Shown one piece after another: positions 1 to 9,397 of a stretch of 21,043 bases of DNA (its first letter is position 1; the number at the start of each line of letters is the position of its first letter). The DNA is from Methanomicrobiales archaeon (GTDB lineage Archaea > Halobacteriota > Methanomicrobia > Methanomicrobiales > Methanospirillaceae), in NCBI GenBank assembly GCA_037137755.1, contig JBAXJR010000040.1, positions 1 through 21,043 on the forward strand, read 5' to 3'. The notes under the pieces are model-generated. The model made no database searches, was not told where the DNA came from, and saw only the letters and a program-made list of their open reading frames with translations. A program made the position numbers and the translations under genes.

Positions 1-2
1 AC

Positions 3-554
3 GGAAGCATTGCCGCCTGGGGAAACAACCAGTACGGCCAGTGTAATGTCCCAACAGGAACCAGCTACGCGGCAATCAGCGCCGGGGGGTGGCACAGCCT
101 GGCGATCGCTACGAACGGCAGCATTGTTGCATGGGGTGAGTCCACGGGAGTGGCCCCGTCCGGGAATGACTTTTCGGCTATCGCCTCAGGGTGGTACCAC
201 AACCTGGCCCTCCGCCAGGATGGCACCATTGTGGCATGGGGGAATAACAAAGTCGGCCAGTGTAATGCCCCCTCCGGGAATGACTTTGTCGCCGTAAGCG
301 GCGGGGGATATCACAGCCTTGCTTTACGGCAGAACGGGAGCATCGTGGCCTGGGGGGACAATCAGTATGGACAATGCAATGCCCCGGCAGGGAACGACTT
401 TGTCGCCGTAAGCGCCGGGGGGTATTTCAGCCTGGCCTTACGCCAGGATGGGAAAATCGTGGCATGGGGGGCGAATGATTCCGGCCAGTGCGATGCCCCT
501 GCCGGGACCTTTTCCTCTATCTCCGGCGGCTATGAACACAGCCTGGCCATTGCA
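3..554 (+). repeat. Intragenic tandem RCC1-like repeats, 38 aa / 114 bp period
   Basis: gactttgtcgccgtaagcg recurs at 282 and 396 (114 bp apart); about five units visible, one with a shortened loop (WGESTGVAPSG). Confidence 0.85.
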
Positions 555-3161
555 CCGGCGACTGGATCTCCGGTAGCGGGATTTTCTGCCACGCCAAAAA
601 GTGGAAAATCCCCCTTACAGGTCCAGTTCAATGATACCTCTTCCGGTACACCTCCGCTGTCGTACCAATGGAACTTTGGTGATGGGAGCCCGAATGTTAC
701 CGTGCAAAACCCCCTGCATACCTATACGACAGGGTCCAATTTAACCTTCAATACGGTGCTGACCGTTGCAAATAGCGAAGGAACTGACAGTACCGCCTGT
801 AATATCCTGGTTAACATAACCGCCCCAGACCCCTCGGGTACCCAGATCACTGCCCCTGCGGTGATCAGCACTCCGGGGAACTACCGGCTTATGAACGATC
901 TCACCAATTCAACCGCAGAGACTGCAATCTGGATAAAATCCTCGGATGTATATCTCAACGGGAACGGCCATACGCTCAACGGGGCTTTAGCCCTGAACAC
1001 CACAGGGGTTCTGGCCGGAGACCCGTCACGGGACCTGAAGAATATCACGGTTGAAAACCTCACTATCACCGGATGGACCCCTGGCATTCAGATAACCAGG
1101 GTCACTGACAGCAGGCTTCAGAATATCCGTGTAACAGGTAACCAGGAAGGGATCCGCCTGAGTGGTTCCCCGGGGACCGCAGTCAGCCACTGCCTGGTAT
1201 TCGATAATATCCCGCTGAACGAGAAGGGGGTATTCGTAGGCGGAACGGGTATCAATGCATTGGATTCTCCATATTCCCGCATTCTTGATTCCAACATAAG
1301 TCACAACGGGTGGGGGGAGGAACTTCCCGGTGTCGGAGGCTATGGTATACTATCCCTTAATAACACCGGCATGCTTGTTTCCGGCTGTGTTGTCAATACC
1401 AATGTCAACACCGGGATTTGGAACCAGGACTCGGAGGATATGGTTGTCGTTGGGAATCTGTTCCATCACAACAGTGGTAACGGCGGGATATTTATGACAG
1501 CACGGTCTGAAGCCCCTGAGCTGAATTCCACCATCGCAGACAATACCGTATCAGAGAGTGGATGGGGAATATGGCTCATGATGAATAACAACACCATCAG
1601 GAATAACACGGTACGTGATTGCGGGTACGGAATATTGCTTGATACCAGCAGGAATGCGACGCTGACCGGGAACGTAATGTTCGATAATACAGTGAATTTC
1701 GCGGTGGATGGCCAGGAAACAGAAAATTACTTCCATAGAATCGATACCTCAAATACCGTTAACGGCCATCCGGTTTACTACCTTGTCAACCAGTCCGGTA
1801 CGGTTGTAGACAGGATCACCAGAGCCGGAACGGTCTACGGAATATCCTGCCAGGATCTTACGGTCCGGGACCTGGCCCTGGATGAGAACGAGTACGGGGT
1901 ATTCCTCCTCGGGTCCGATAGGGCCGTCATCCGTAATGTGACCGCATCCGAGAATACCAACGGGTTCAGCATTATAAATAGTGATAATCCCCGTATCGAA
2001 ACATGTACCGCTAGGGCGAATACCAACAACGGTTTCCTGGTACAGGATTCAGATGGGGTACAGATCAGGGACTCAGGCTCTTTCCAAAATACAGGGGGGA
2101 TGGAAAGCGGGACAGGAATTGCTATTACTAACTGCCAGGACGTTCTCCTTCAGCAGGTGAACGCCAGCAGGAATAACTTTGCGGGGATTGACGTGGAAGG
2201 CACCGGTCGGGTGGACCTGTCAAACGTAATAACCAATGCGAATGGGGCTGTCGGGATGATTCTGGGGGGAGAAACAATCCAGGTCACCGGATGTTATATC
2301 CTGGATAACGAGGGTCCCGGGATAGGTATGCTGGATTCCAGCAACGTCACAATCTGGAACAACTACTTCTCGAATGACGAAAATATCGATATTTCCAAGG
2401 GGGTTGTAACCGGGTCTTCCTGGAATATCCAGAAAACAGCCGGTAATAACATCGTCAACGGTCCGTTCTTTGGCGGGAATTACTGGGCAACACCAGACGG
2501 GACCGGTTGGTCACAGGTCACGCCTGACCGGGGCGATGGATTCTGCAATGCACCGTTTGTTATAGATGCGAACAATACGGATTACCTGCCGCTCCATTCC
2601 TATACTCCGAAACCAACATTCCAGGCGGATTTCGCTGTTTCACCCGTGAATGGGATGGCTCCCCTGACCGTGAAATGCACCGATAAGTCCATCGGCAGCC
2701 CGACACATTATTATTACAATTTTGGAGATGGCGTCAATGTTACCGGGCCAAATCCTGTCCACACCTACAAGTACCCCGGTACCTACAGCATCACCCTGAC
2801 GATCACGAAATATAACCCCGCAACAGGTTCCATAATGAGCAGTGTGGCCACAAAAACGAATGTTATAACGGTCAGCAAAGTTCCGGTCGTCATGCCTGTC
2901 GCGAAATTCACTGCATCACCGACCAGTGGAACCGTGCCTCTGACCGTAACATTTACGGACCAGTCCACTGGGAACCCGACATTTTATACCTATGATTTCG
3001 GAGATGGTGTCAATATGACCGGGGCAAACCCGGTTCATACCTACCTGTTCCCCGGGGTCTACAATGTCACCCTGACGGTCCTGAAAAATGATGTAAGCAA
3101 TGGTTCGGTTGTTAGTAATGCATCTGTTCAAAAAGGCCTGATTGTGTTGAACGGAAAATAA
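3..3161 (+). CDS. Large cell-surface/secreted protein, 5'-partial: RCC1/BLIP-II-like repeats + PKD + right-handed parallel beta-helix (NosD/CASH-like) + two C-terminal PKD domains
   Basis: The frame of ORF 150..3161 stays open back to base 3 (GSIAAWGNNQYGQCNVPTGTSYAAISAGGWHSLAI...), so the true start is upstream of the window. Repeats AGxxHSLALxxDGxIVAWGxNxxGQ; PKD motifs WNFGDG, YNFGDG, YDFGDG each followed by NPxHTY; many GI-x-L/N-rich beta-helix rungs; GGNYW motif; many N-x-S/T sequons. Confidence 0.88.
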   Translation, partial: GSIAAWGNNQYGQCNVPTGTSYAAISAGGWHSLAIATNGSIVAWGESTGVAPSGNDFSAIASGWYHNLALRQDGTIVAWGNNKVGQCNAPSGNDFVAVSGGGYHSLALRQNGSIVAWGDNQYGQCNAPAGNDFVAVSAGGYFSLALRQDGKIVAWGANDSGQCDAPAGTFSSISGGYEHSLAIAPATGSPVAGFSATPKSGKSPLQVQFNDTSSGTPPLSYQWNFGDGSPNVTVQNPLHTYTTGSNLTFNTVLTVANSEGTDSTACNILVNITAPDPSGTQITAPAVISTPGNYRLMNDLTNSTAETAIWIKSSDVYLNGNGHTLNGALALNTTGVLAGDPSRDLKNITVENLTITGWTPGIQITRVTDSRLQNIRVTGNQEGIRLSGSPGTAVSHCLVFDNIPLNEKGVFVGGTGINALDSPYSRILDSNISHNGWGEELPGVGGYGILSLNNTGMLVSGCVVNTNVNTGIWNQDSEDMVVVGNLFHHNSGNGGIFMTARSEAPELNSTIADNTVSESGWGIWLMMNNNTIRNNTVRDCGYGILLDTSRNATLTGNVMFDNTVNFAVDGQETENYFHRIDTSNTVNGHPVYYLVNQSGTVVDRITRAGTVYGISCQDLTVRDLALDENEYGVFLLGSDRAVIRNVTASENTNGFSIINSDNPRIETCTARANTNNGFLVQDSDGVQIRDSGSFQNTGGMESGTGIAITNCQDVLLQQVNASRNNFAGIDVEGTGRVDLSNVITNANGAVGMILGGETIQVTGCYILDNEGPGIGMLDSSNVTIWNNYFSNDENIDISKGVVTGSSWNIQKTAGNNIVNGPFFGGNYWATPDGTGWSQVTPDRGDGFCNAPFVIDANNTDYLPLHSYTPKPTFQADFAVSPVNGMAPLTVKCTDKSIGSPTHYYYNFGDGVNVTGPNPVHTYKYPGTYSITLTITKYNPATGSIMSSVATKTNVITVSKVPVVMPVAKFTASPTSGTVPLTVTFTDQSTGNPTFYTYDFGDGVNMTGANPVHTYLFPGVYNVTLTVLKNDVSNGSVVSNASVQKGLIVLNGK

Positions 3162-3182
3162 TTTTCTCACTTAACCTTTTTC
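3161..3182 (+). terminator. Possible archaeal oligo-T terminator of the surface-protein gene
   Basis: ttttctcacttaacctttttt immediately follows the stop codon. Confidence 0.4.
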
Positions 3183-3492
3183 CATGATATCATTTGTCTT
3201 TGACTTTTTCCCACTCGTGAGGCTGAACATGGTAAAAATTTTGGTGATTTAGACCTCCTGATCGTCAGTCAAGGATAAGAATTAATAATTTCTATCATGA
3301 AATTTTTTGAATCAAACAACGCTATGGGTGTGAAAAGGTGGCCTTTCAAATTTTCATCGTTCTGGTGCGACGCCAACTTGTTTCATGAAGGTTTTTTTAA
3401 AAAGCTCCGGGAGCGACTGGTAAAAATTTGGAATGACTGGAAATATGCAGGATAGATTTGAGAGAATCTCTAAAAAATCCCTGAAAAATCCT

Positions 3493-4494
3493 CTAAAACC
3501 ATTTATCCAGTGTCTTTTGTCCGGCTTTGCCTGCAATCCCTTCAAGTGATTTTCTCACCCGTTCCACCGAGAAATTGTAATCCCCGCAGAGCATCTCCTC
3601 GATCTTAATGGTGTCGGGCGGATGCCAGGCAAGGTTATACTCATTCGTGACAGGCGGGTGTAAGAAAAAGTCAATGACCTGTCCTGGATCGAAATCCGGT
3701 TCCTTTTTACCCATGGTATTTTCGAAGGAACCTTCTTTTACCAGTTTCAGTGCTGTCTTTGGGCCGATACCTTTCACACCGGGGTTAAAATCGTTCCCGA
3801 TAAGTACCGCGATCTGTACCAGCTGTTCGCGGGTGATACCCAGCCCTTTCAGCACCTCGGCGAGGATAACCTTTTCCGGGTTTAATACAAGGCTCCTCCC
3901 GTGGATTTTGCGTTTCCCGCTAATCGTGAGGTTCCGAACCAGCATGGGGACACCAAACAGCAGGGTATCGTAGTCCTGCGACACGACATAGGACGCATCG
4001 CCATGCATCACCATGTGTGTCGCCTGTGCTTCTCCTTCGCTTGGTGCATCGATGCAGGGTATACCCATCAGGGACAGGAGTTTTTTTGAGGTTTCTATTA
4101 TGTCCCGGTCGACCTTTGATGATGACCGCGCCTGTTTATACGCTTCTTCGGTGTCACCTCTTGCAAGGGCCTCCTCCCAGCGTTCACCTGCCTTTGCCCG
4201 TGCATTTCTTCGCTCTTCTATGGTCTTTTGTTTGAAATCCGGAGGTGGGCCGTCGAAAACATACACCGGCCGGATCCCTCTCTCGAGGAAATTTGCATTC
4301 CGAAAGAGAATACCGGAAAGATGGGATGTGATACGCCCCTTTGTGTCCATCAGGGGCGTACCGTCAGGCTGGCGAATAATTGAAAGGAACTGGTAGAGAG
4401 CGTTATGGGCGTCAACTGCCGCTATTCCGGGGAGTGCCTCCCATCCGAGGGGCACTTTATAGTCTGCAATGATATCTCGTAACGCGACTCCCAT
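3493..4494 (-). CDS. fen: Flap endonuclease 1
   Basis: N-terminal MGV, DAHNALYQFLSIIRQPDGTPL, VFDG, APSEGEAQA, SQDYD, GNDFNPGVKGIGPKTAL (H3TH), C-terminal PCNA-binding PIP box QKTLDKWF. Confidence 0.97.
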   Translation of the reverse strand: MGVALRDIIADYKVPLGWEALPGIAAVDAHNALYQFLSIIRQPDGTPLMDTKGRITSHLSGILFRNANFLERGIRPVYVFDGPPPDFKQKTIEERRNARAKAGERWEEALARGDTEEAYKQARSSSKVDRDIIETSKKLLSLMGIPCIDAPSEGEAQATHMVMHGDASYVVSQDYDTLLFGVPMLVRNLTISGKRKIHGRSLVLNPEKVILAEVLKGLGITREQLVQIAVLIGNDFNPGVKGIGPKTALKLVKEGSFENTMGKKEPDFDPGQVIDFFLHPPVTNEYNLAWHPPDTIKIEEMLCGDYNFSVERVRKSLEGIAGKAGQKTLDKWF

Positions 4495-4518
4495 GGTAAC
4501 CTCGCGGAGTGACTTTTC

Positions 4519-4833
4519 CTAGCGGTAGATACGTTTCCCGAACTCGTTTACGACATCATCGAGATGGGCTGCACTCGCATCGTACTTCTGGATCATTTTC
4601 GCTGAAATTTCTTCAAGATTAGCCCTGATTGCCTTGTCACGCACCTGGAGGCTCCGTTCCAGTGAACGGATCCTCATGCCCTGTGACAGGAGGAGCCCGC
4701 CAAGGGAAAGCATCATCAGGGTTGCGCCCAGGGCGATTGTACTATCAAACCAGAGGCGCGTAACGAGTGCGAGCGTGGCAATTACAAGGATAATAATAAG
4801 AATAATATCGCGCGCGTATTCCCGGATATCCAT
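4519..4833 (-). CDS. Small membrane protein (two predicted TM helices + C-terminal coiled coil), unknown function
   Basis: 104 aa ORF, two hydrophobic stretches then a charged heptad-like tail; ends 24 bp before the fen start, same strand. Confidence 0.75.
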   Translation of the reverse strand: MDIREYARDIILIIILVIATLALVTRLWFDSTIALGATLMMLSLGGLLLSQGMRIRSLERSLQVRDKAIRANLEEISAKMIQKYDASAAHLDDVVNEFGKRIYR

Positions 4834-4890
4834 GCTTTTAGATAATGAAGACCAACTAATTAAACTACCTATGGTGCATGGAGTTTTAAT

Positions 4891-5793
4891 ATGGAGTTGA
4901 AGCAGCTGGTTCCGCTGGCAGGGATGCTGGTAATGATGGTTCTCGTGGAAATCGGCGCCATACTTCTGTCACTCCCGATGAAAGCGGCAGGAATCTCGGC
5001 ATTCGAAGACCCGTCTTCCGTGTTAAATCCCCTTATCTTTATTGCAATACTTCTTGCCTTCACCGCGGTGCTCCTGGTCCTGCTTAAGTACCGCTATAAA
5101 CAGTTGATCGTTATAATCATTGCAATTTCAATTTTTTTCACGTTTGTTTATATTTTCAGCTCCATTGTGGCCTTCTTTACAAGTAACGAGATCCTTGCAG
5201 TTGTCCTGCCTCTCGTACTATCAGGGCTTGCCATTGCCCTCCTGTACCGGTTCCCTGAATGGTATGTCATTGATACGCTCGGGATACTTATTGCGGCCGG
5301 TGCGGCGTCAATTTTTGGCATTTCGCTTGGTATTGTGCCGGTAATTATCCTGCTCCTGCTTCTCGCGGTTTACGATGCTATCTCTGTGTACAAGACCAAG
5401 CACATGATCACCCTCGCAGAAGGTGTGATGGAGATGAAAACACCTATTCTCTTCGTCATCCCGAAAAAGGCCAGTTATTCGTATATCAGGGACGGGATAG
5501 GCAAGATTGGCGAGGGAGAACGGGGCGCGTTCATCATGGGGATGGGGGACCTCATTATGCCTGCGATCCTCGTTGTTTCTGCCAACATGTTTATAAAAAC
5601 CGGGGGGCTGTCATTTATCAATATCCCTGCATTAGGGGCGATGGCTGGATCCCTTGCCGGCCTCGTAGTCCTCCTGTGGTATGTATATAAGGGAAAACCG
5701 CAGGCAGGGCTCCCTCCATTAAACGGGGGGGCAATAATTGGCTTTCTGATCGGTTGTGCACTAAGCGGGAGCTGGGGATGGATGATTATCTAG
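4891..5793 (+). CDS. Presenilin / signal-peptide-peptidase family intramembrane aspartyl protease (archaeal PSH type)
   Basis: Multi-TM protein with catalytic YD (AVYDAISVYKTKHM), GxGD (GMGD) and PAL-equivalent (PQAGLPPL) motifs. Confidence 0.93.
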   Translation: MELKQLVPLAGMLVMMVLVEIGAILLSLPMKAAGISAFEDPSSVLNPLIFIAILLAFTAVLLVLLKYRYKQLIVIIIAISIFFTFVYIFSSIVAFFTSNEILAVVLPLVLSGLAIALLYRFPEWYVIDTLGILIAAGAASIFGISLGIVPVIILLLLLAVYDAISVYKTKHMITLAEGVMEMKTPILFVIPKKASYSYIRDGIGKIGEGERGAFIMGMGDLIMPAILVVSANMFIKTGGLSFINIPALGAMAGSLAGLVVLLWYVYKGKPQAGLPPLNGGAIIGFLIGCALSGSWGWMII

Positions 5794-5867
5794 CGATGGA
5801 AATAATGCCAAAACTCATCTAAAATAGTAGCAGGAAAGGCCCCGGTTTGATAGGTTCGAAAATGTAT

Positions 5868-5876
5868 ACTTTTTTT
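5868..5876 (+). terminator. Possible oligo-T terminator between the convergent protease and GTPase genes
   Basis: T-run in the short convergent intergenic gap. Confidence 0.3.
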
Positions 5877-5888
5877 ATCGGTTAGAAA

Positions 5889-6857
5889 TCAGTAGGTAAG
5901 GGTGTAAGGAACCGGTTCTTCAACCACCCCAGGTTCCCGCCAGTATTCCATGAGGGTTGAAAGGACCTCGTCAACCCCAATGTTCTGGCCTGTTGACATC
6001 TGGGGATAGCCTTCCAGGCCTTTTATATCAGATTTATTTGCCACTGCGATAACCGGTATATCGATGGTGCTGGTAATTTCTTCATAGAGTTTCATCTGGT
6101 CTTCAAGCGGGAACCCGCAATGTTCGCTCGGGTCAATGATAAAGAGGATTACATCCGCAATATTGGTTATTGCAGCCATTGCCTGCCGTTCGATGGGGTT
6201 TCTCTCCTCAGGCAGCCTGTCAAGCACACCGGGAGTATCGATAAACTGCATCCGCTTCCTCCCGTCAACCCGATGCCCGACGATAACACCTTTCGTTGTA
6301 AACGGGTACGAAGCAACTTCCGGGTCTGCTGTGGAAACCAGCCGGATAAATGATGATTTGCCGACATTCGGGTACCCTGCGATCACTATCGTGAAAATGT
6401 CCTCCACATGGGGAAGCTTCCGGACAACATTTCTTACTTCATTTAAGAACCGCAGTTCGGAGTCTACCTGGTGAACGACAGAAGCGAGTCGTGCAACCGC
6501 CTTTTTTCGTGCGGCAAGCGGATCATCGCCTCTCCGTGTCTCGTATATCAGGTCAGGGCCGTGAAGCCTGGACCACCTGGCTGCCCATCCGACCGCACCG
6601 AGGGCTTTTTTCAGCCTCGGAATTCCATAGAGGATATCAACAGTTTCCCGGTAAAACGGGGGCAGGGTCTCGAATTCAGGGAATGTCTGGATCACGTGTA
6701 CCAGCCTGTCATGGATGGAGTGGCTGACGGCCCGTACGAAATCCTGATTTGCGCGGTCTTTATTCGCTTTTAATTTCATTTTAGCCGCAGCACGCCGGAA
6801 ACACCTGTCAAGGACTTCGTCAGCGGTCGGTACAGTCGGGATTCTCTCAAATTCCAC
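5889..6857 (-). CDS. NOG1-family (Obg-like) GTP-binding protein
   Basis: GTG start; N-terminal FERIPTVPTADE, G1 GYPNVGKSS, G2 YPFTTKG, G3 DTPG, G4 NKSD. Confidence 0.93.
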   Translation of the reverse strand: MEFERIPTVPTADEVLDRCFRRAAAKMKLKANKDRANQDFVRAVSHSIHDRLVHVIQTFPEFETLPPFYRETVDILYGIPRLKKALGAVGWAARWSRLHGPDLIYETRRGDDPLAARKKAVARLASVVHQVDSELRFLNEVRNVVRKLPHVEDIFTIVIAGYPNVGKSSFIRLVSTADPEVASYPFTTKGVIVGHRVDGRKRMQFIDTPGVLDRLPEERNPIERQAMAAITNIADVILFIIDPSEHCGFPLEDQMKLYEEITSTIDIPVIAVANKSDIKGLEGYPQMSTGQNIGVDEVLSTLMEYWREPGVVEEPVPYTLTY

Positions 6858-6903
6858 AGAAGTTCAACCTAACCTATTTATGGTACTCCCATGATTAATC
6901 ATT

Positions 6904-7782
6904 ATGGATCTTTCCCTTATTCAGAAAGACATCCTGATTACACTGATTTCCCTTTACCAAAAGCATTCCCACCCGATTAAGGGTGAAGATATCGCCGATG
7001 TAATTAAACGGAACCCGGGTACTATCCGGAACCAGATGCAGTCCCTCAAAGCGATAGGGCTGGTTGACGGTGTCCCCGGACCGAAGGGGGGGTATAACCC
7101 GACGGCACTTGCCTTCCGGGAGCTCGACCTCGACAGTTCTGATGAGGATTATGATGTCCGTATCTCCCGGAATGGTGAGACGGTAACGGGGGCAAAGGTA
7201 TCAGAGATTGATTTCACTACCCTGTGTCACCCGGATATCTGCCATGCATTAATAAAACTGATTGGAAGCGCCAAAATCTTTGAGATCGGTGACCAGATCA
7301 CGATCGGCCCTACCCCGGTTAACAAGCTCCTGATCCGCGGAGAGGTGTACGGGAAAGACGAGGTGGAACAATCCCTGCTGATTACTACCCAGGAGATGAT
7401 CTCACTCCCGAAACAATCAATCAGGCATTATATGAGTGCCCCGATCCTCTCGCTCCCACCAGACTCCACGCTTCGTGATGCGCTTCATCTCTTCAATACC
7501 CGGCATATCCACGGTGCCCCGGTTATCGGTAACGGGGGCCTTGAAGGGATAATAACTCTTTCAGATGTGATAAAAGCGATTGATAGCGAAATTCCCCTGA
7601 CAAATAAGGTCAATACGGTAATGACTACGGATGTAGTGAAAGCATCAGCTGATGTCCAGCTCTTTGATGTAATTGGCAGGTTCAAAGAACGCAAGATTGG
7701 CCGGCTTGTAGTCGTTGATGGGGACATACCAATAGGGATTCTCACCCAGTCTGATATCATCCGGGTATTCCCATCGCTTTAG
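6904..7782 (+). CDS. Predicted transcriptional regulator: N-terminal winged HTH + C-terminal CBS pair (COG2524-like)
   Basis: IKGEDIADVIKRNPGTIRNQMQSLKAIGLVDGVPGPKGGY wHTH; CBS motifs HGAPVI..GIITLSDV and GRLVVV..GILTQSDII. Confidence 0.88.
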   Translation: MDLSLIQKDILITLISLYQKHSHPIKGEDIADVIKRNPGTIRNQMQSLKAIGLVDGVPGPKGGYNPTALAFRELDLDSSDEDYDVRISRNGETVTGAKVSEIDFTTLCHPDICHALIKLIGSAKIFEIGDQITIGPTPVNKLLIRGEVYGKDEVEQSLLITTQEMISLPKQSIRHYMSAPILSLPPDSTLRDALHLFNTRHIHGAPVIGNGGLEGIITLSDVIKAIDSEIPLTNKVNTVMTTDVVKASADVQLFDVIGRFKERKIGRLVVVDGDIPIGILTQSDIIRVFPSL

Positions 7783-8155
7783 GCCAGAGACCGGTGCTGG
7801 ACCCGGGCCATTACTTTTTTACCCGGTTATGAGAATGCATTCAGCCCTTTTCATCCGGCGGGTCGTATGATGACTAATTTTGTTCAGCCCCGGGATCATT
7901 CCCGGTGTGCAATGTCACCGGTACTCTGTCAGTGATCACCATTCTGGCACTAAAAAGACTGGCTAACCTATTTATGGCTTAACCCGAAACAAATTTTACA
8001 CCTTCCCACAACAATGCCGGGCCATTTACTCCCTGGTTCATGGAACGAACCTTTGTGGATTATAGAGGGCGGCGCTGCCAGTCGGGGAATCCCGTGGGGA
8101 TTTCCAACAGGCAGCTGCCACTGGCAGGGAAGAGATGAAGGAGGACCAGGATATC

Positions 8156-8365
8156 ATGACAGAAATTCCGATTGCCCCGGTAATACGGATTATGCGGAAG
8201 ACCGGCGCTGAACGTGTCGGCAACGAAGCAGGAGAGGCTCTTGCTGACCTGATGGAACAGTATGGCCATAAAATTGCAAAGGAAGCGGTGAAACTCGCAT
8301 CCCATGCCGGCCGGAAGACGATTACTGCGGCGGATATCCGGATGGCGGCTGATCTGCTGAGCTAG
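8156..8365 (+). CDS. Archaeal histone (HMf-like)
   Basis: MTEIPIAPVIRIMRKTGAERV...AVKLASHAGRKTITAAD; start moved from 8135 to ATG 8156 because AAGGAGG (8138-8144) precedes it and it gives a typical 69 aa histone. Confidence 0.93.
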   Translation: MTEIPIAPVIRIMRKTGAERVGNEAGEALADLMEQYGHKIAKEAVKLASHAGRKTITAADIRMAADLLS

Positions 8366-8465
8366 AAGCATCAGATGGACAAAATTTAACGTTTTACCGG
8401 TTTTATCATCAATCTCTCGAGGTTTTTAAGCATCTTTAAATATTAATATATCATCATTTTTTTCT

Positions 8466-8717
8466 ATGACACGTATACTGGCCCGCCAGCTTTCAAAGAA
8501 GAAAATTATGACCAATGACGGAAAGGTGATCGGGACCCTTAAAAATATTATTGTCGACGATGAGACAGGACAGGTAATAGATCTCATAATTCACCCGGAT
8601 TCGTCTTTTGATACATCAGGGTACCGTCTTGAGGGTGATAAACTCTATATTAATTTTGAAGCAGTGAAAGATATCAAGGACTATATTGTTGTTGACCGTT
8701 ATCTCTCAAGAAAATAA
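8466..8717 (+). CDS. PRC-barrel domain protein (possibly CdpB-like cell-division protein)
   Basis: 83 aa; LSKKKIMTNDGKVIGTLKNIIVDDETGQVIDLII...INFEAVKDIKDYIVV matches the PRC-barrel pattern. The cell-division role is inferred from the family only. Confidence 0.85.
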   Translation: MTRILARQLSKKKIMTNDGKVIGTLKNIIVDDETGQVIDLIIHPDSSFDTSGYRLEGDKLYINFEAVKDIKDYIVVDRYLSRK

Positions 8718-9397
8718 GATGAATAGTTCTGTATCGCCTCAATAAAACCATCTCCATACCCTTTTTTTGCGATATATCCTGCAGCGGCCATTGCTGCCGG
8801 ATGTCCGTTTGCCACCGTAACCCCTATTCCCGCGGCTTTGAGCATCTCAACATCGTTGATTGCATCACCTATCGCGAGAAATTCCTCGGGTGGGATCCCG
8901 AGGTCATTTGCCAGGTCCATAAAAGCTGTTGCCTTGTTGACCCCTTTTGCCTGGAGGTGGATGGCAAACCCGGTATCGATAACCCGCACGTCGTAGTCAG
9001 CGAGTAGTTTTTCCACCTCTTCAGGAGGTACCGTCCGTGAGAAGGCGACATCCGCATACCGGTACTGGGGGCTCAGCAACTGGAGGGGAGTCCCTGCATT
9101 CCGGTAATGCGCCTGTATTACCTGGAATGCCTCGAGACAGACGGGCTGATCCCCGTGGATATGGAGTTCACCTGCGAATCCAACCCGGTAAACGCCCCCG
9201 TTTTCCCCTATAAAGGTCCCTGATGTGCCTATCATGCGGCACAGAGCGTCCATGAAACACGCTGTATTACCGCTGGCAAGCACGACCTCTACGCCACGTG
9301 AAACAAGCTCCCTGATCACCTCTATAGCCCCGGTGTGCAGGGAACGGCCTTGATCGGTTATGGTGCCGTCCACATCTGTCAGGATTGCTCTTAGCAC
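8699..9397 (-). CDS. HAD-superfamily phosphatase (phosphoglycolate phosphatase, TA0175/SPP-like)
   Basis: Motif I DVDGTIT, motif II ASGN, ENGG, motif III K (VNKA), motif IV GDAIND; GTG start overlaps the radA stop. Confidence 0.92.
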   Translation of the reverse strand: MLRAILTDVDGTITDQGRSLHTGAIEVIRELVSRGVEVVLASGNTACFMDALCRMIGTSGTFIGENGGVYRVGFAGELHIHGDQPVCLEAFQVIQAHYRNAGTPLQLLSPQYRYADVAFSRTVPPEEVEKLLADYDVRVIDTGFAIHLQAKGVNKATAFMDLANDLGIPPEEFLAIGDAINDVEMLKAAGIGVTVANGHPAAMAAAGYIAKKGYGDGFIEAIQNYSSYFLER

